DNA of 64,000 nucleotides from Entomortierella parvispora E1425 (Eukaryota; Fungi; Mortierellomycota): NCBI GenBank assembly GCA_020891255.1, contig BQFW01000013.1, positions 2,356,001 to 2,420,000 of the forward strand, read 5' to 3'. Shown piece by piece: positions 59,003 to 64,000 of this stretch (position 1 is its first letter; each line of letters starts with the position of its first letter). The notes under the pieces were generated by a model. It saw only the letters and a program-made list of their open reading frames with translations, ran no database searches and was not told where the DNA came from. The position numbers and the translations under genes were made by a program.

Positions 59003-60226
59003 CACATGTCTATAACCTCGAGCAGAAGCTGTCCCATTTCCGTCTTGTAGTCTTGCGTAAACGCGGTCATCGTTCGGATGTCCCTTCCATTTTGCCAATT
59101 AAGTTGGCTGGTAGAGGTGTGTGCATGCCTGGGGGAAAATTGAATCAAGGTCATGCCGTTGAAGGTATTGGGGGGTGCAGCGATTGCACTTCTGAAACTG
59201 CTGCTGGGGCAGCGACTGAAGATGTCGCGTCCATGTTGGTCATTGGTGAAGTCTTTGAGTGGAGCGATGTCAAACGAAAGGCGGAGGCAGGACTTGTTGT
59301 ATGGCGCCACTGTGGGTGGATCTGGTGACTGCCAACACTCCAGACCTCATCAATCAGTTGAAACAGACTGCGAACGCGACCCTTTTTGTTCGTAAAGACT
59401 TCCATCACCCAATCTCTCCTCATGTCTGCTGCTGAAGAAACCCATTCAGTTTAATCCTGGCCAGGACATGTTGCTCCTCATTTGTATAAACTGTTAATGT
59501 TCAAGACCCACTCTTGAAAGTAAGGAGAAACATCGACATCTACCTGTCCGTGCTCTCTTTTTACACGAAATCCATTCAGTCACCTAAAACTTTGGTTTCT
59601 TGAACAAGCCATGAAATTGAGCACAGAAAATCAACTCAACCCTAGAAGCAGTTCTTGGAGTTGGGAGGGATACAACCTTGGCACTGAAAGACCAGGGACG
59701 CATCGGACAAACCACAGAAGGGCAGGAACATATAGTTCAACCTGAACTCTGCTTTGGGGACAATGGGAACTTTTTTCAGGAACAATTTGATGGAACCGAG
59801 GAGGTCATCCCTGCTTGCGATCCTTGGTTTTCTCTAGTTCGATGCTGCTAGATCGTTAAAGGAGTCGATGTTCCTCCTAGTCACCAACCCCCGATCTTAG
59901 GTTTTGTCTCCTTGTCCCTGTTTATTGAAGTGACAATGATCCCCTTCGTTTTTTTTTTTTATTTTATTTTTTATTTTTCAAGCCTCAGTGGACAAACCCC
60001 TGGTTTTTAGACCCATCTCACGACAATAGTCCTGGCCTCGAATCTTTTTTTATCTTCTTCTCTCTATGCGTGCTTCGCGCGCTCCAGGGTGGTCGAAAGC
60101 TGAGATAACCTGAGTGAATAAAAGGGCAGAACACTACCTCTTTAAACCTCACAAAACCCCCTTCCTCTTCTCTTCCCATTCCCCAATTCACCACAGGTCT
60201 ACACCTACAAAAGTCAAACAGCCACC

Positions 60227-60526
60227 ATGTCTAGCTACAAAGGCCAATTTTTTCATGTCTGCGTTCTGTTTGTTGCCGTTGTTGCAATTCTGGACCGCCG
60301 CGAGAACGCAGTGAGCGCCGCTCCAGTTGGAACTACTAATGGAGAGGTGGTGGGAATGACTGGCCCAGCCCAAGCGGGTGTTGCCGATGCCGCTGGAGTA
60401 GATCCAGGTGCAACTGTGGGTGCCAACACTGCCCCCGCTGGCACTGAAGACACGATTATTGAAGGCGGGGTCGATAGGAGTACAGGAATTGTGGATGGTA
60501 TTGATAGGATTCTTCTTGGCCGCTAA
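60227..60526 (+). CDS. Small secreted Gly/Ala/Thr-rich protein (99 aa)
   Basis: Hydrophobic N-terminus followed by SAAPV, typical of fungal small secreted proteins. Confidence 0.65.
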   Translation: MSSYKGQFFHVCVLFVAVVAILDRRENAVSAAPVGTTNGEVVGMTGPAQAGVADAAGVDPGATVGANTAPAGTEDTIIEGGVDRSTGIVDGIDRILLGR

Positions 60527-61922
60527 GAGACAGATGAACCTCGTTGTCCATCATCCAGTTCCCGCTGCTTACCACCAAGGTTATTGTAGCCAGCACCACT
60601 GTTCTTGAAACAAAACAATAAAAGGCGAGCTCCGCGCTCCAAAAGCGTGCCTGTTGCACGTGCCAAGCGCATCTTTTCTTTTCTTGACGTCGTCTCCGTC
60701 AAGTGTGGGGTGAGACTTGAAAATAGACAGCGCAAAGTCTTGCAATACCGCGATCGCCGACCAAATTGTGCCATAATTTGCTTAGACCAGGTCCATCATT
60801 ATTGTCCGCATGGATCGGTACGTATCCTGAACCTCCAATAGTGTCGATCCCTTCATCTGGCTTTCAAGCCCTTTGTAAAGTGTGGAGCACAGAGTATCCA
60901 ACTGTAGTTCCACCTGGGAAAACGTTGTTTCCAGAGTAGCTTTAATGTGCGTGGTGTCGTGCTCCCTCCTTGTAGCAAAGAATGAGCCAGCCGAAGACGC
61001 CAAGTTGCCCATCTGTTTGTTCACAGCATGTCGAGCCTTTCTGCTTGAACGGTGTAAATGGACTTAGAGGTAGCCGCCTTTTTTCGTTCGTCTTCTTCTT
61101 CTTCTTTTGGCTTGCATCCTGCGAAAGGGGAGCTTCTGACTGGTTGAGGCAGTAGGAGTCGAAGATGAACCTGCTGGGTTGTCAACTTCCAAGTTCTGGT
61201 TGACTAGATCCGTTGCAAGTGGTGGGGATCCAGTTTGATTGTCAGAGTTGCTGGTATGGGTAGCGTTCGGAGTGACGGGGTGGACTTTTGGAGGGCCTAT
61301 AGCCCCACGGTCCCTCATTCCTAGACCAGCCAGGGGAAGACTCTCTGACCAAGATGTGTGATCATGATGCCGAATCTTTGAAAGGTAGTCTGGATGCTTT
61401 CTATCCCTCATAAACCGCAGAAAGCTATTCATAAAGTGCCGTACTGTTTAGAAAGGGATCTTCGGCATGGTATGGCCAAATGCGGCCAGGTGCTGCCCAC
61501 GCCGATCTATGACACCAAAGACGGATACACAGCTTCAGTTAGATGGATATGTACTACGCTGTCTACAGTTTACTCTTCTGATGGAGCTAAGAGTCCGTCC
61601 CAAAGAGGACAACGACATTTTGCGCTCTTTTCGCCGTGCATATGCCAAAAGCCTTGTCTCAACAAATCATTTTTTTTAATCCATAGAGCGTGATCCTTAC
61701 AGTCAGTCATGGCAAGCTCTGAGTGTCCAAGGGCGGTGATAGATGATGAGTGCATAAAAGTAGTGATTTGTAATATTCAGTTAATGAAGCAGGGATGGTG
61801 ATAAAGGAAAGGTGCGGGGATGGTGAGAAAGGAAAGGAGCAAGAAAGGACGAGTGGATGATCGATAGCCGATGGTTCAGGCCATCAGATATCCAAAAAAC
61901 CTAGGATAATTTTTATTACTGA

Positions 61923-64000
61923 TGTCCCTCGCATTTGCACCCTACAAACACAATAATACTAATATATTATACATAATGAACTCCATAAAACGAAATTATA
62001 GAAGTTCGCGATCCAGCCGCAACGTCACAGAAGTGAGTGCCACTGATCTACTGCAACGGCCGACTCAGAGCACAGATCAAGCCAGATTTGCCACACGCGG
62101 GCCGTGTCCAAATTTAGGTTGCAATCGACTCGCCCCACAGGCTGAAGCAAATGGAAAGGGACTCGCGTCAAGAATAGCAGCTGGAAACAAAGAACAAGGG
62201 AAACAATGGAACAAAGACAGAAACAAGGAACAACTGCCGCCTAGAGGCCCCACTTCAATGATTAACACACACCTCGTAGGCACATATAAAGAAAAGCACA
62301 AGAAAAATAAAGAAAATCGAGCACCTTCGTACTACAAATTTTAAGTCAAGAACTCCACCCCTTCCCGTTCATCTTCACAAAACCACGCACGAGTACATCC
62401 ACAACAAAGTACAGTTACTTTTACACTGTCAAGCGATCGTACTCTGTTTTCTTCACTTCTTCGTCTACAGACCAACTTTCATCATTCCACCAACTCTACC
62501 CCGTCCTTACACCGAGGAGCAAGAGAGAGCTTTCGATAGCCTGGGATTTAGGTGGGCGTTCATCACCTTTGCTGTCGCTCTCGCCGTTTCCTCTATCTAC
62601 TTCTTCTTACTCGGACCATACGCAATTCCTGAGGCAACCATTGGTTTGAGTTTTATCATCCTCTGCAGTTTCCTCGTTGCCATCCCTTTCATTCAAAGAC
62701 TCATCAACGACACCACCTTCTACCTCACTGACTGGCTTCAGTACAACTTCAAAAATCCGAGAAAAGCTGCCCTATCTGGAGTACCTTATGAGCACTCTTC
62801 TCATCATTGTCCTTCTTTTTTCTCTCGCCCTCCTTATAACTCTCAGTCTCTACTATTCTGCTACCATCATTTTCGATCGCCTCGTTAGAGTCCTTTCACC
62901 TTTGATCAGACGTATCTACCTTATTCTTTACCACGTCCAACACGTCCCCTCTTTCGTCTCATACGCCCTTTCGTACGCTACATCAGATTACCGATTTTGG
63001 CGTGTCACCAAACAGAAGTTCAACAATTTCCTGCAATCCATTTCGTACCACTTTTTCCTCTTCATTTCTCTTGTCTGGAACTTCCAGATATTCCTCTTTT
63101 ACGGTTATTCATATCTGGTCACTGAACTACAACGGGCGCGTCCTAGGACTTTCTCTGTTCTACTGGTGAACGGTTATCGACAAGTTCGTGGCATCGCTAA
63201 GACCGTAGTCCTGAGTGCAATTGCCCTATGTATCCTGTTCCTCAGTCTCTACGCCCTGTATTTCTTTTCTTATATCGACTACACCCAATCTTTGTCGTGT
63301 TTCCTCTCGTCTATCTTCTTCTACGAAGCACCTTCGACAACCTATTGTTCATTGTCCAAAAGACCGGCCAACTCATCCGAACCACTTGGCGACTCTTCAC
63401 TGCCGTCCTTGCGTTGGTACTCCGCCTCGCTCGACTTTCTATTCCTCTCGTTCATATCTTGGCAAGTGTCGCGTCGATTGCATACAAGAAAGCTCTTTGG
63501 ATCATCACCCTCTCACTTTCGATCCTCCCTTACATTCATCGGTACCTTCCTAGCACTCTTTCTACTCCAACTTGGCCTGACCTTCTCTCCCTCGTGGTTG
63601 ATCCACTGGTTTTGGTTGTTCTCGTCATCCTTTTTCTTCTGGTTACAATCGCTTTTTCCTATCAGCTGGTTTTCAGAAGTAAGGAGATACTTCGAGTCGT
63701 TTTCCGTTGGAACGTCGCTGTCCTCAAGTTCTCCCTTACCCTCGCCGTTGCCAGACTCGCCCTCAAATTCATCTCTATCACCTTCAGCAACTTTGAAGAC
63801 CACTACTCAGAACTCCTCCGTTACTACAGTCACTACATCCTTGTCCGCCTCCACAATCTCTTCGACCACGAGTGATCTAGTCAGTACCGCCATCTCAGCT
63901 TTCTCAACAACAACCACCGCTGTTCCCTCTTACCCAGAGTCTATGTCCGAGTCTCAGTCTTCAGAAACTCCGTACATTCATCAAGAAACAGCTACTACTA
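61923..64000 (+). mobile_element. Possible 5' part of an LTR retrotransposon (candidate LTR 61923-62425, then C/T-rich overlapping hydrophobic ORFs)
   Basis: TGT...TTTTACA-bounded A-rich segment with TATAAA and AATAAA; abrupt switch to a G-poor strand; frame open 62650->64000. No gag/pol motif or primer-binding site seen. Confidence 0.35.

Noticed and set aside
60530-61700. Stop-interrupted minus-strand fragments, possibly another decayed element
   Set aside because: No diagnostic motif was recognised.

Overview
Intron-containing fungal genomic DNA (GT-AG introns with CTAAC/CTAAT branch sites). The gene families suggest Mucoromycota, probably Mortierellaceae, but that is inference. The window is a repeat-rich, rapidly evolving accessory region in four parts. 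(1) 1-21 kb, an immunity/effector island: an ARM-like/NACHT/HEAT NLR-type gene and a truncated duplicate, two near-identical Crinkler (CRN) genes with restriction-endonuclease-like C-termini, a kinase pseudogene and a small secreted 12-Cys defensin-like gene. One CRN cassette occupies a site that is empty in the duplicated paralogous locus. (2) 22-41 kb: two large secreted multi-exon genes share an almost identical N-terminal chassis (signal peptide, His-rich and acidic tracts, a higher-order array of ~60-aa Cys-rich modules, a Pro/Thr/Gly stalk) but end in different payloads, a GH65 acid trehalase in one and three ricin-B lectin domains in the other. A decayed Crypton-like relic lies between them. 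(3) 44.6-48.7 kb: a decayed multi-exon gene resembling a eukaryotic TnpB/Fanzor-type nuclease (RuvC-I-like GTDPG motif only). (4) 50-64 kb: orphan membrane and secreted genes, a solo CRN N-terminus, a hairpin minisatellite and the probable start of an LTR element. All analysis was by eye; family calls need HMM or structure confirmation.
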